A stretch of DNA of 64,000 nt from the human T2T-CHM13v2.0 reference genome, Homo sapiens: NCBI RefSeq assembly GCF_009914755.1, contig NC_060948.1; one strand, given 5' to 3'. This document shows, piece after piece, positions 17,487 to 36,815 of the stretch (positions are counted from its first letter, which is position 1; each line of letters opens with the position of its first letter). The position numbers and the translations under genes are program-made. Under the pieces are notes generated by a model that saw only the letters and a program-made list of their open reading frames with translations, did no database searches and was not told the DNA's origin.

Positions 17487-19582
17487 AGATCCATATTTTT
17501 TAAATGAAAAAAAATTTCAAAGGTACTCTGCTTGGTACAATAATCAAATGTATAAACTGAGGAATAAAACATAACCATGAAACCTACTTATAACTGCATA
17601 TGGAAAATACAGAGGATAATTTTTTAAATAACATATTTTGAAAGCCTTAACTAGTAATTTGAAGAGTTGGCATTTGAAAGGCCAGTATGAATATACCTTC
17701 AAAGCAGCAACACAGGTTCCCCATGAGAAAAAGCAAACACAGGGAAAATAAAAACACAAAGGTTCAATCTCTTCTGACCTTTGAAAGACACAGCACAGAC
17801 AGTGGTCCTTAGGACGAAGAGCAGGAGACCCCTAATTCCGTCACCATGGCGATAGGGCATAAACATTGCTGGGTGAGGGCACAATCCACATTGTGAGGTC
17901 CAACTGCTGCCAGGAAGACAGGAGTGCTTTTACATAGACCGAAAGGTCATTGAAGGCTCAGAGTTTTGTTTCAAGAACTGAATCCCAAGCCCACACGTTA
18001 TTAGGCTGCGCTTCTTAAAACAAGTTATGAGATGGGAAAAAGGGCACCCACAAACATACGTATACATTATGTATATAATAATATACAGTGTCATATATAT
18101 AATATATATAACCTATGTATAATATTGTTTTACATCCTGCATCTTATGTTATTTATATTGTATAAAATATAATAATTGATAATATATAAGTTTTATAATT
18201 ATACAATATGACATATAGTATATATTATAATTTATGACATATATAATATATGTTATATATCATATATCGAGTATATTATAAGGTTAATATACGTATTAAA
18301 TATAAATTATACATTATATATATTATATATAATATATCTGTTATATATAATACCCATTATGCATAATATATATATTATGTCTATATTATATATAGTATAA
18401 AACAACATATAATAATATATAATTGTATATATAAAATGCGACATATAATATATATTATATTTTATAACATATGTAATATATATTATATATAATACGTTGT
18501 ATGTATAATACCTATATTAAATATATATTATATGACTACGTTATTAATTACATGTCACATGTGTTATATATTATATATTTTACATAGAATATACCGGTTA
18601 CATACAATATATACTATGTTACCTATAATGTATAATTTATTACATGTAAAATAAAGAATGCAATATATTATGTATAATTTATAATATACAATATGTGGAA
18701 TGTGATATATATAACATATAATATATGATATATGATATACAGTATATGATATATAACATACAATATATGATTCCTAATATACATGGTATACAATATATAT
18801 TTTATGATATGTATTCTATATGTTTTATATTCTGTTATATATAACTATTTGAAATTATATATAACTGTATAATATTTTATGTAAATATGTAATATAATAT
18901 ATATAACTATATAATATATTATATATAACTATATATTATGTTATATATACTTTTATAACATAATTTACATAAAATATCATAATATAATATATATTATATT
19001 ATTTCATATTACATAATATATATTACATATCACCCAATATAACTAACATACATAATATTATAATATAGATTACATTATGTTATATTAAATATCATATATA
19101 TCATGTATCATATATTCTATAATATATATTACACATTATATAATATGTATGTTGTCTATTATGTGATATATATAACTATATATAATTATATTTTTATACA
19201 TATAACTAGATAAACATGTAATTCTACATATTTTCATTTATAATATGTAGAATTATATAATCATATATAATTATTTATATTCTATAAAAAATTTTATCAT
19301 TATATAAATTATAATATATAAAAATTATAATATGTACTACAAATATATATATTATATATCATATATGATATAGTACCTTTGTTATATATCATAATACATA
19401 TAAATGTGTATTATGTTTTCTATAATTATATAATTTCATATATAAGATGTATAATATGTATCATATATTATATATGTTATGTAATATATATAGTATATAT
19501 AAGATGACACAGGATAAATATTATATACTATGACATATAAAATATATGAGGTTATATGTTATATATAAGGCATAGCACATAA

Positions 19583-19897
<315 letters not shown>

Positions 19898-21997
19898 AGA
19901 TCCATATTTTTTAAATGAAAAAAAATTTCAAAGGTACTCTGCTTGGTACAATAATCAAATGTATAAACTGAGGAATAAAACATAACCATGAAACCTACTT
20001 ATAACTGCATATGGAAAATACAGAGGATAATTTTTTAAATAACATATTTTGAAAGCCTTAACTAGTAATTTGAAGAGCTGGCATTTGAAAGGCCAGTATG
20101 AATATACCTTCAAAGCAGCAACACAGGTTCCCCATGAGAAAAAGCAAACACAGGGAAAATAAAAACACAAAGGTTCAATCTCTTCTGACCTTTGAAAGAC
20201 ACAGCACAGACAGTGGTCCTTAGGACGAAGAGCAGGAGACCCCTAATTCCGTCACCATGGCGATAGGGCATAAACATTGCTGGGTGAGGGCACAATCCAC
20301 ATTGTGAGGTCCAACTGCTGCCAGGAAGACAGGAGTGCTTTTACATAGACCGAAAGGTCATTGAAGGCTCAGAGTTTTGTTTCAAGAACTGAATCCCAAG
20401 CCCACACGTTATTAGGCTGCGCTTCTTAAAACAAGTTATGAGATGGGAAAAAGGGCACCCACAAACATACGTATACATTATGTATATAATAATATACAGT
20501 ATCATATATATAATATATATAACCTATGTATAATATTGTTTTACATCCTGCATCTTATGTTATATATATTGTATAAAATATAATAATTGATAATATATAA
20601 GTTTTATATTTATACAATATGACATATAGTATATATTATAATTTATGACATATATAATATATGTTATATGTCATATATAGAATATATTATACGGTTAATA
20701 TACGTATTAAATATAAATTATACATTATATATATTATACATAATATATCTGTTATATATAATACCCATTATGCATAATATATATATTATGTCTATGTTAT
20801 ATATAGTATAAAACAACATATAATAATATATAATTGTATATATAAAATGCGACATATAATATATATTATATTTTATAACATATGTAATATATATTATATA
20901 TTATATATAATACGTTGTATGTATAATACCTATATTAAATATATATTATATGACTATGTTATTAATTACATGTCACATGTGTTATATATTATATATTTTA
21001 CATAGAATATACCGGTTACATACAATATATACTATGTTACCTATAATGTATAATTTATTACATGTAAAATAAATAATGCAATATATTATGTATAATTTAT
21101 GATATACCTTATGTGGAATGTGATATATATAACATATAATATATGATGTATGATATACAGTATATGATATATAACATACAATATATGATTCCTAATACAT
21201 ATGGTATACAATATATATTTTATGATATGTATTCTATATGTTTTATATTCTGTTATATATAACTATTTGAAATTATATATAACTGTATAATATTTTCTGT
21301 AAATATGTAATATAATATATATAACTATATAATATATTATATATAACTATATATTATGTTATATATACTTTTATAACATAATTTACATAAAATATCATAA
21401 TATATATTATATTATTTCATATTACATAATATATATTACATATCACCCAATATAACTAACATACATAATATTATAATATAGATTATATTGTGTTATATTA
21501 AATATCATATATATCATGTATCATATATTCTATAATATATATTACACATTATATAATATGTATGTTGTCTATTATGTGATATATATAACTCTATATATAA
21601 TTATATTTTTATACATATAACTAGATAAACATGTAATTCTACATATTTTCATTTATAATATGTAGAATTATATAATCATATATAATTATTTATATTCTAT
21701 AAAAAATTTTATCATTCTATAAATTATAATATATAAAAATTATAATATGTACTACAAATATATATATTATATATCATATATGCTATAGTACCTTTGTTAT
21801 ATATCATAATACATATAAATGTGTATTATGTTATCTATAATTATATAATTTCATATATAAGATGTATAATATGTATCATATATTATATATGTTATGTAAT
21901 ATATATAGTATATATAAGATGACACAGGATAAATATTATATACTATGACATATAAAATATATGAGGTTATATGTTACATATAAGGCATAGCACATAA

Positions 21998-22312
<315 letters not shown>

Positions 22313-24435
22313 AGATCCATATTTTTTAAATGAAAAAAAATTTCAAAGGTACTCTGCTTGGTACAATAATCAAATGTATAAACTGAGGAATAAAACATAA
22401 CCATGAAACCTACTTAACACTGCATATGGAAAATACAGAGGATAATTTTTTAAATAACATATTTTGAAAGCCTTAACTAGTAATTTGAAGAGTTGGCATT
22501 TGAAAGGCCAGTATGAATATACCTTCAAAGCAGCAACACAGGTTCCCCGTGAGAAAAAGCAAACACAGGGAAAATAAAAACACAAAGGTTCAATCTCTTC
22601 TGACCTTTGAAAGACACAGCACAGACAGTGGTCCTTAGGACGAAGAGCAGGAGACCCCTAATTCCGTCACCATGGCGATAGGGCATAAACATTGCTGGGT
22701 GAGGGCACAATCCACATTGTGAGGTCCAACTGCTGCCAGGAAGACAGGAGTGCTTTTACATAGACCGAAAGGTCATTGAAGGCTCAGAGTTTTGTTTCAG
22801 GAACTGAATCCCAAGCCCACACGTTATTAGGCTGCGCTTCTTAAAACAAGTTATGAGATGGGAAAAAGGGCACCCACAAACATACGTATACATTATGTAT
22901 ATAATAATATACAGTATCATATATATAATATATATAACCTATGTATAATATTGTTTTACATCCTGCATCTTATGTTATATATATTGTATAAAATATAATA
23001 ATTGATAATATATAAGTTTTATATTTATACAATATGACATATAGTATATATTATAATTTATGACATATATAATATATGTTATATGTCATATATAGAATAT
23101 ATTATACGGTTAATATACGTATTAAATATAAATTATACATTATATATATTATACATAATATATCTGTTATATATAATACCCATTATGCATAATATATATA
23201 TTATGTCTATGTTATATATAGTATAAAACAACATATAATAATATATAATTGTATATATAAAATGCGACATATAATATATATTATATTTTATAACATATGT
23301 AATATATATTATATATTATATATAATACGTTGTATGTATAATACCTATATTAAATATATATTATATGACTATGTTATTAATTACATGTCACATGTGTTAT
23401 ATATTATATATATTACATAGAATATACCGGTTACATACAATATATACTATGTTACCTATAATGTATAATTTATTACATGTAAAATAAATAATGCAATATA
23501 TTATGTATAATTTATGATATACCTTATGTGGAATGTGATATATACAACATATAATATATGATGTATGATATACAGTATATGATATATAACATACAATATA
23601 TGATTCCTAATACATATGGTATACAATATATATTTTATGATATGTATTCTATATGTTTTATATTCTGTTATATATAACTATTTGAAATTATATATAACTG
23701 TATAATATTTTCTGTAAATATGTAATATAATATATATAACTATATAATATATTATATATAACTATATATTATGTTATATATACTTTTATAACATAATTTA
23801 CATAAAATATCATAATATATATTATATTATTTCATATTACATAATATATATTACATATCACCCAATATAACTAACATACATAATATTATAATATAGATTA
23901 TATTGTGTTATATTAAATATCATATATATCATGTATCATATATTCTATAATATATATTACACATTATATAATATGTATGTTGTCTATTATGTGATATATA
24001 TAACTCTATATATAATTATATTTTTATACATATAACTAGATAAACATGTAATTCTACATATTTTCATTTATAATATGTAGAATTATATAATCATATATAA
24101 TTATTTATATTCTATAAAAAATTTTATCATTCTATAAATTATAATATATAAAAATTATAATATGTACTACAAATATATATATTATATATCATATATGCTA
24201 TAGTACCTTTGTTATATATCATAATACATATAAATGTGTATTATGTTATCTATAATTATATAATTTCATATATAAGATGTATAATATGTATCATATATTA
24301 TATATGTTATGTAATATATATAGTATATATAAGATGACACAGGATAAATATTATATACTATGACATATAAAATATATGAGGTTATATGTTACATATAAGG
24401 CATAGCACATAACATGTAATATATATCATATATAA

Positions 24436-24727
24436 TTTTTTTTTAGACAGAATCTTGTCCTGTTGCTCAGGGTGGGGTACAATGGCGCCATCTTTGCTCA
24501 CTGCAACTTCTGCCTCACGGGTCCAAGCGATTGTCCTCCCTCAGCCTCCCAGGTAGCTGGGACTACACCACACTGGGACTACACCAGCTGCCACCATGCC
24601 TAGCTAATTTTTTGGATTTTTAGTAGTGACAGCGTTTCACTGTATTGGCCAGGATGGTCTTGATCTCATCACCTTGTGATCCCCTTGCCTTGGCCTCCAA
24701 ATTTGCTGGGATTACAGGCCTGAGCCA
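24436..24727 (-). mobile_element. Alu, U11
   Basis: Copy of the U1 Alu. Confidence 0.95.
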
Positions 24728-26832
24728 AGATCCATATTTTTTAAATGAAAAAAAATTTCAAAGGTACTCTGCTTGGTACAATAATCAAATGTATAAACTG
24801 AGGAATAAAACATAACCATGAAACCTACTTATAACTGCATATGGAAAATACAGAGGATAATTTTTTAAATAACATATTTTGAAAGCCTTAACTAGTAATT
24901 TGAAGAGCTGGCATTTGAAAGGCCAGTATGAATATACCTTCAAAGCAGCAACACAGGTTCCCCATGAGAAAAAGCAAACACAGGGAAAATAAAAACACAA
25001 AGGTTCAATCTCTTCTGACCTTTGAAAGACACAGCACAGACAGTGGTCCTTAGGACGAAGAGCAGGAGACCCCTAATTCCGTCACCATGGCGATAGGGCA
25101 TAAACATTGCTGGGTGAGGGCACAATCCACATTGTGAGGTCCAACTGCTGCCAGGAAGACAGGAGTGCTTTTACATAGACCGAAAGGTCATTGAAGGCTC
25201 AGAGTTTTGTTTCAAGAACTGAATCCCAAGCCCACACGTTATTAGGCTGCGCTTCTTTAAACAAGTTATGAGATGGGAAAAAGGGCACCCACAAACATAC
25301 GTATACATTATGTATATAATAATATACAGTATCATATATATAATATATATAACCTATGTATAATATTGTTTTACATCCTGCATCTTATGTTATATATATT
25401 GTATAAAATATAATAATTGATAATATATAAGTTTTATATTTATACAATATGACATATAGTATATATTATAATTTATGACATATATAATATATGTTATATA
25501 TCATATATAGAATATATTATACGGTTAATATACGTATTAAATATAAATTATACATTATATATATTATATATAATATATCTGTTATATATAATACCCATTA
25601 TGCATAATATATATATTATGTCTATGTTATATATAGTATAAAACAACATATAATAATATATAATTGTATATATAAAATGCGACATATAATATATATTATA
25701 TTTTATAACATATGTAATATATATTATATATTATATATAATACGTTGTATGTATAATACCTATATTAAATATATATTATATGACTATGTTATTAATTACA
25801 TGTCACATGTGTTATATATTATTTATTTTACATCGAATATACCGGTTAGATACAATATATACTATCTTACCTATAATGTATAATTTATTACATGTAAAAT
25901 AAAGAATGCAATATATTATGTATAATTTATAAGATACCATATGTGGAATGTGATATATATAACATATAATATATGATATATGATATACAGTATATGATAT
26001 ATAACATACAATATATGATTCCTAATATATATGGTATACAATATATATTTTATGATATGTATTCTATATGTTTTATATTCTGTTATATATAACTATTTGA
26101 AATTATATATAACTGTATAATATTTTATGTAAATATGTAATATAATATATATAACTATATAATATATTATATATAACTATATATTATGTTATATATACTT
26201 TTATAACATAATTTACATAAAATATCATAATATAATATATATTATATTATTTCATATTACATAATATATATTACATATCACCCAATATAACTAACATACA
26301 TAATATAATAATATAGATTATATTGTGTTATATTAAATATCATATATATCATGTATCATATATTCTATAATATATATTACACATTATATAATATGTATGT
26401 TGTCTATTATGTGATATATATAACTATATATATAATTATATTTTTATACATATAACTAGATAAACATGTAATTCTACATATTTTCATTTATAATATGTAG
26501 AATTATATAATCATATATAATTATTTATATTCTATAAAAAATTTTATCATTATATAAATTATAATATATAAAAATTATAATATGTACTTCAAATATATAT
26601 ATTATATATCATATATGCTATAGTACCTTTGTTATATATCATAATACATATAAATGTGTATTATGTTATCTATAATTATATAATTTCATATGTAAGTTGT
26701 ATAATATGTATCATATATTATATATGTTATGTAATATATATTGGATATATAAGATGACACAGGATAAATATTATATACTATGACATATAAAATATATGAG
26801 GTTATATGTTACATATAAGGCATAGCACATAA

Positions 26833-27147
<315 letters not shown>

Positions 27148-29270
27148 AGATCCATATTTTTTAAATGAAAAAAAATTTCAAAGGTACTCTGCTTGGTACA
27201 ATAATCAAATGTATAAACTGAGGAATAAAACATAACCATGAAACCTACTTATAACTGCATATGGAAAATACAGAGGATAATTTTTTAAATAACATATTTT
27301 GAAAGCCTTAACTAGTAATTTGAAGAGTTGGCATTTGAAAGGCCAGTATGAATATACCTTCAAAGCCGCAACACAGGTTCCCCGTGATAAAAAGCAAACA
27401 CAGGGAAAATAAAAACACAAAGGTTCAATCTCTTCTGACCTTTGAAAGACACAGCACAGACAGTGGTCCTTAGGACGAAGAGCAGGAGACCCCTAATTCC
27501 GTCACCATGGCGATAGGGCATAAACATTGCTGGGTGAGGGCACAATCCACATTGTGAGGTCCAACTGCTGCCAGGAAGACAGGAGTGCTTTTACATAGAC
27601 CGAAAGGTCATTGAAGGCTCAGAGTTTTGTTTCAGGAACTGAATCCCAAGCCCACACGTTATTAGGCTGCGCTTCTTAAAACAAGTTATGAGATGGGAAA
27701 AAGGGCACCCACAAACATACGTATACATTATGTATATAATAATATACAGTATCATATATATAATATATATAACCTATGTATAATATTGTTTTACATCCTG
27801 CATCTTATGTTATATATATTGTATAAAATATAATAATTGATAATATATAAGTTTTATATTTATACAATATGACATATAGTATATATTATAATTTATGACA
27901 TTTATAATATATGTTATATGTCATATATAGAATATATTATACGGTTAATATACGTATTAAATATAAATTATACATTATACATATTATACATAATATATCT
28001 GTTATATATAATACCCATTATGCATAATATATATATTATGTCTATGTTATATATAGTATAAAACAACATATAATAATATATAATTGTATATATAAAATGC
28101 GACATATAATATATATTATATTTTATAACATATGTAATATATATTATATATTATATATAATACGTTGTATGTATAATACCTATATTAAATATATATTATA
28201 TGACTATGTTATTAATTACATGTCACATGTGTTATATATTATATATTTTACATAGAATATACCGGTTACATACAATATATACTATGTTACCTATAATGTA
28301 TAATTTATTACATGTAAAATAAATAATGCAATATATTATGTATAATTTATGATATACCTTATGTGGAATGTGATATATATAACATATAATATATGATGTA
28401 TGATATACAGTATATGATATATAACATACAATATATGATTCCTAATACATATGGTATACAATATATATTTTATGATATGTATTCTATATGTTTTATATTC
28501 TGTTATATATAACTATTTGAAATTATATATAACTGTATAATATTATCTGTAAATATGTAATATAATATATATAACTATATAATATATTATATATAACTAT
28601 ATATTATGTTATATATACTTTTATAACATAATTTACATAAAATATCATAATATATATTATATTATTTCATATTACATAATATATATTACATATCACCCAA
28701 TATAACTAACATACATAATATTATAATATAGATTATATTGTGTTATATTAAATATCATATATATCATGTATCATATATTCTATAATATATATTACACATT
28801 ATATAATATGTATGTTGTCTATTATGTGATATATATAACTCTATATATAATTATATTTTTATACATATAACTAGATAAACATGTAATTCTACATATTTTC
28901 ATTTATAATATGTAGAATTATATAATCATATATAATTATTTATATTCTATAAAAAATTTTATCATTCTATAAATTATAATATATAAAAATTATAATATGT
29001 ACTACAAATATATATATTATATATCATATATGCTATAGTACCTTTGTTATATATCATAATACATATAAATGTGTATTATGTTATCTATAATTATATAATT
29101 TCATATATAAGATGTATAATATGTATCATATATTATATATGTTATGTAATATATATAGTATATATAAGATGACACAGGATAAATATTATATACTATGACA
29201 TATAAAATATATGAGGTTATATGTTACATATAAGGCATAGCACATAACATGTAATATATATCATATATAA

Positions 29271-29562
29271 TTTTTTTTTAGACAGAATCTTGTCCTGTTG
29301 CACAGGGTGGGGTACAATGGCGCCATCTTTGCTCACTGCAAAATCTGCCTCACGGGTCCAAGCGATTGTCCTCCCTCAGCCTCCCAGGTAGCTGGGACTA
29401 CACCACACTGGGACTACACCAGCTGCCACCATGCCTAGCTAATTTTTTGGATTTTTAGTAGTGACAGCGTTTCACTGTATTGGCCAGGATGGTCTTGATC
29501 TCTTCACCTTGTGATCCCCTTGCCTTGGCCTCCAAATTTGCTGGGATTACAGGCCTGAGCCA
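29271..29562 (-). mobile_element. Alu, U13
   Basis: Copy of the U1 Alu. Confidence 0.95.
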
Positions 29563-31690
29563 AGATCCATATTTTTTAAATGAAAAAAAATTTCAAAGGT
29601 ACTCTGCTTGGTACAATAATCAAATGTATAAACTGAGGAATAAAACATAACCATGAAACCTACTTATAACTGCATATGGAAAATACAGAGGATAATTTTT
29701 TAAATAACATATTTTGAAAGCCTTAACTAGTAATTTGAAGAGTTGGCATTTGAAAGGCCAGTATGAATATACCTTCAAAGCAGCAACACAGGTTCCCCAT
29801 GAGAAAAAGCAAACACAGGGAAAATAAAAACACAAAGGTTCAATCTCTTCTGACCTTTGAAAGACACAGCACAGACAGTGGTCCTTAGGACGAAGAGCAG
29901 GAGACCCCTAATTCCGTCACCATGGCGATAGGGCATAAACATTGCTGGGTGAGGGCACAATCCACATTGTGAGGTCCAACTGCTGCCAGGAAGACAGGAG
30001 TGCTTTTACATAGACCGAAAGGTCATTGAAGGCTCAGAGTTTTGTTTCAAGAACTGAATCCCAAGCCCACACGTTATTAGGCTGCGCTTCTTAAAACAAG
30101 TTATGAGATGGGAAAAAGGGCACCCACAAACATACGTATACATTATGTATATAATAATATACAGTGTCATATATATAATATATATAACCTATGTATAATA
30201 TTGTTTTACATCCTGCATCTTATGTTATATATATTGTATAAAATATAATAATTGATAATATATAAGTTTTATATTTATACAATATGACATATAGTATATA
30301 TTATAATTTATGAGATATATAATATATGTTATATGTCATATATAGAATATATTATACGGTTAATATACGTATTAAATATAAATTATACATTATATATATT
30401 ATATATAATATATCTGTTATATATAATACCCATTATGCATAATATATATATTATGTCTATGTTATATATAGTATAAAACAACATAAAATAATATATAATT
30501 GTATATATAAAATGCGACATATAATATATATTATATTTTATAACATATGTAATATATATTATATATTATATATAATACGTTGTATGTATAATACCTATAT
30601 TAAATATATATTATATGACTATGTTATTAATTACATGTCACATGTGTTATATATTATATATTTTACATAGAATATACCGGTTACATACAATATACACTAT
30701 GTTACCTATAATGTATAATTTATTACATGTAAAATAAAGAATGCAATATATTATGTATAATTTATAATATACCATATGTGGAATGTGATATATATAACAT
30801 ATAATATATGATATATGATATACAGTATATGATATATAACATACAATATATGATTCCTAATATATATGGTATACAATATATATTTTATGATATGTATTCT
30901 ATATGTTTTATATTCTGTTATATATAACTATTTGAAATTATATATAACTGTATAATATTTTATGTAAATATGTAATATAATATATATAACTATATAATAT
31001 ATTATATATAACTATATATTATGTTATATATACTTTTATAACATAATTTACATAAAATATCATAATATAATATATATTATATTATTTCATATTACATAAT
31101 ATATATTACATATCTCCCAATATTACTAACATACATAATATTATAATATAGATTATATTGTGTTATATTAAATATCATATATATCATGTATCATATATTC
31201 TATAATATATATTACACATTATATAATATGTACGTTGTCTATTATGTGATATATATAACTCTATATATAATTATATTTTTATACATATAACTAGATAAAC
31301 ATGTAATTCTACATATTTTCATTTATAATATGTAGAATTATATAATCATATATAATTATTTATATTCTATAAAAAATTTTATCATTCTATCAATTATAAT
31401 ATATAAAAATTATAATATGTACTACAAATATATATATTATATATCATATATGATATAGTACCTTTGTTATATATCATAATACATATAAATGTGTATTATG
31501 TTATCTATAATTATATAATTTCATATATAAGATGTATAATATGTATCATATATTATATATGTTATGTAATATATATAGTATATATAAGATGACACAGGAT
31601 AAATATTATATACTATGACATATAAAATATATGAGGTTATATGTTACATATAAGGCATAGCACATAACATGTAATATATATCATATATAA

Positions 31691-31982
31691 TTTTTTTTTA
31701 GACAGAATCTTGTCCTGTTGCACAGGGTGGGGTACAATGGCGCCATCTTTGCTCACTGCAACTTCTGCCTCACGGGTCCAAGCGATTGTCTTCCCTCAGC
31801 CTCCCAGGTAGCTGGGACTACACCACACTGGGACTACACCAGCTGCCACCATGCCTAGCTAATTTTTTGGATTTTTAGTAGTGACAGCGTTTCACTGTAT
31901 TGGCCAGGATGGTCTTGATCTCTTCACCTTGTGATCCCCTTGCCTTGGCCTCCAAATTTGCTGGGATTACAGGCCTGAGCCA
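31691..31982 (-). mobile_element. Alu, U14
   Basis: Copy of the U1 Alu. Confidence 0.95.
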
Positions 31983-34087
31983 AGATCCATATTTTTTAAA
32001 TGAAAAAAAATTTCAAAGGTACTCTGCTTGGTACAATAATCAAATGTATAAACTGAGGAATAAAACATAACCATGAAACCTACTTATAACTGCATATGGA
32101 AAATACAGAGGATAATTTTTTAAATAACATATTTTGAAAGCCTTAACTAGTAATTTGAAGAGTTGGCATTTGAAAGGCCAGTATGAATATACCTTCAAAG
32201 CAGCAACACAGGTTCCCCATGAGAAAAAGCAAACACAGGGAAAATAAAAACACAAAGGTTCAATCTCTTCTGACCTTAGAAAGACACAGCATAGACAGTG
32301 GTCCTTAGGACGAAGAGCAGGAGACCCCTAATTCCGTCACCATGGCGATAGGGCATAAACATTGCTGGGTGAGGGCACAATCCACATTGTGAGGTCCAAC
32401 TGCTGCCAGGAAGACAGGAGTGCTTTTACATAGACCGAAAGGTCATTGAAGGCTCAGAGTTTTGTTTCAAGAACTGAATCCCAAGCCCACACGTTATTAG
32501 GCTGCGCTTCTTAAAACAAGTTATGAGATGGGAAAAAGGGCACCCACAAACATAGGTATACATTATGTATATAATAATATACAGTGTCATATATATAATA
32601 TATATAACCTATGTATAATATTGTTTTACATCCTGCATCTTATGTTATATATATTGTATAAAATATAATAATTGATAATATATAAGTTTTATATTTATAC
32701 AATATGACATATAGTATATATTATAATTTATGACATATATAATATATGTTATATGTCATATATAGAATATATTATACGGTTAATATACGTATTAAATATA
32801 AATTATACATTACATATATTATATATAATATATCTGTTATATATAATACCCATTATGCATAATATATATATTATGTCTATGTTATATATAGTATAAAACA
32901 ACATATAATAATATATAATTGTATATATAAAATGCGACATATAATATATATTATATTTTATAACATATGTAATATATATTATATATTATATATAATACGT
33001 TGTATGTATAATACCTATATTAAATATATATTATATGACTATGTTATTAATTACATGTCACATGTGTTATACATTATATATTTTACATAGAATATACCGG
33101 TTACATACAATATATACTATGTTACCTATAATGTATAATTTATTACATGTAAAATAAAGAATGCAATATATTATGTATAATTTATAATATACCATATGTG
33201 GAATGTGATATATATAACATATAATATATGATATATGATATACAGTATATGATATATAACATACAATATATGATTCCTAATATATATGGTATACAATATA
33301 TATTTTATGATATGTATTCTATATGTTTTATATTCTGTTATATATAACTATTTGAAATTATATATAACTGTATAATATTTTATGTAAATATGTAATATAA
33401 TATATATAACTATATAATATATTATATATAACTATATATTATGTTATATATACTTTTATAACATAATTTACATAAAATATCATAATATAATATATATTAT
33501 ATTATTTCATATTACATAATATATATTACATATCACCCAATATAACTAACATACATAATATTATAATATAGATTATATTGTGTTATATTAAATATCATAT
33601 ATATCATGTATCATATATTCTATAATATATATTACACATTATATAATATGTATGTTGTCTATTATGTGATATATATAACTCTATATATAATTATATTTTT
33701 ATACATATAACTAGATAAACATGTAATTCTACATATTTTCATTTATAATATGTAGAATTATATAATCATATATAATTATTTATATTCTATAAAAAATTTT
33801 ATCATTCTATAAATTATAATATATAAAAATTATAATATGTACTACAAATATATATATTATATATCATATATGATATAGTACCTTTGTTATATATCATAAT
33901 ACATATAAATGTGTATTATGTTATCTATAATTATATAATTTCATATATAAGATGTATAATATGTATCATATATTATATATGTTATGTAATATATATAGTA
34001 TATATAAGATGACACAGGATAAATATTATATACTATGACATATAAAATATATGAGGTTATATGTTACATATAAGGCATAGCACATAA

Positions 34088-34402
<315 letters not shown>

Positions 34403-36500
34403 AGATCCATATTTTTTAAATGAAAAAAAATTTCAAAGGTACTCTGCTTGGTACAATAATCAAATGTATAAACTGAGGAATAAAACATAACCATGAAACC
34501 TACTTATAACTGCATATGGAAAATACAGAGGATAATTTTTTAAATAACATATTTTGAAAGCCTTAACTAGTAATTTGAAGAGTTGGCATTTGAAAGGCCA
34601 GTATGAATATACCTTCAAAGCAGCAACACAGGTTCCCCATGAGAAAAAGCAAACACAGGGAAAATAAAAACACAAAGGTTCAATCTCTTCTGACCTTAGA
34701 AAGACACAGCATAGACAGTGGTCCTTAGGACGAAGAGCAGGAGACCCCTAATTCCGTCACCATGGCGATAGGGCATAAACATTGCTGGGTGAGGGCACAA
34801 TCCACATTGTGAGGTCCAACTGCTGCCAGGAAGACAGGAGTGCTTTTACATAGACCGAAAGGTCATTGAAGGCTCAGAGTTTTGTTTCAAGAACTGAATC
34901 CCAAGCCCACACGTTATTAGGCTGCGCTTCTTAAAACAAGTTATGAGATGGGAAAAAGGGCACCCACAAACATAGGTATACATTATGTATATAATAATAT
35001 ACAGTGTCATATATATAATATATATAACCTATGTATAATATTGTTTTACATCCTGCATCTTATGTTATATATATTGTATAAAATATAATAATTGATAATA
35101 TATAAGTTTTATATTTATACAATATGACATATAGTATATATTATAATTTATGACATATATAATATATGTTATATGTCATATATAGAAAATATTATACGGT
35201 TAATATACGTATTAAATATAAATTATACATTATATATATTATATATAATATATCTGTTATATATAATACCCATTATGCATAATATATATATTATGTCTAT
35301 GTTATATATAGTATAAAACAACATATAATAATATATAATTGTATATATAAAATGCGACATATAATATATATTATATTTTATAACATATGTAATATATATT
35401 ATATATAATACGTTGTATGTATAATACCTATATTAAATATATATTATATGACTATGTTATTAATTACATGTCACATGTGTTATATATTATATATTTTACA
35501 TAGAATATACCGGTTACATACAATATATACTATGTTACCTATAATGTATAATTTATTACATGTAAAATAAAGAATGCAATATATTATGTATAATTTATAA
35601 TATACCATATGTGGAATGTGATATATATAACATATAATATATGATATATGATATACAGTATATGATATATAACATACAATACATGATTCCTAATATATAT
35701 GGTATACAATATATATTTTATGATATGTATTCTATATGTTTTATATTCTGTTATATATAACTATTTGAAATTATATATAACTGTATAATATTTTATGTAA
35801 ATATGTAATATAATATATATAACTATATAATATATTATATATAACTATATATTATGTTATATATGCTTTTATAACATAATTTACATAAAATATCATAATA
35901 TAATATATATTATATTATTTCATATTACATAATATATATTACATATCACCCAATATAACTAACATACATAATATTATAATATAGATTATATTGTGTTATA
36001 TTAAATATCATATATATCATGTATCATATATTCTATAATATATATTACACATTATATAATATGTATGTTGTCTATTATGTGATATATATAACTCTATATA
36101 TAATTATATTTTTATACATATAACTAGATAAACATGTAATTCTACATATTTTCATTTATAATATGTAGAATTATATAATCATATATAATTATTTATATTC
36201 TATAAAAAATTTTATCATTCTATAAATTATAATATATAAAAATTATAATATGTACTACAAATATATATATTATATATCATATATGATATAGTACCTTTGT
36301 TATATATCATAATACATATAAATGTGTATTATGTTATCTATAATTATATAATTTCATATATAAGATGTATAATATGTATCATATATTATATATGTTATGT
36401 AATATATATAGTATATATAAGATGACACAGGATAAATATTATATACTATGACATATAAAATATATGAGGTTATATGTTACATATAAGGCATAGCACATAA

Positions 36501-36815
<315 letters not shown>

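Noticed and set aside
25677-25883. Y/I/N-rich ORFs in the AT domain (also 3443, 5856, 54222, 59056)
   Set aside because: These are translations of TA-rich low-complexity DNA, opened by private substitutions.
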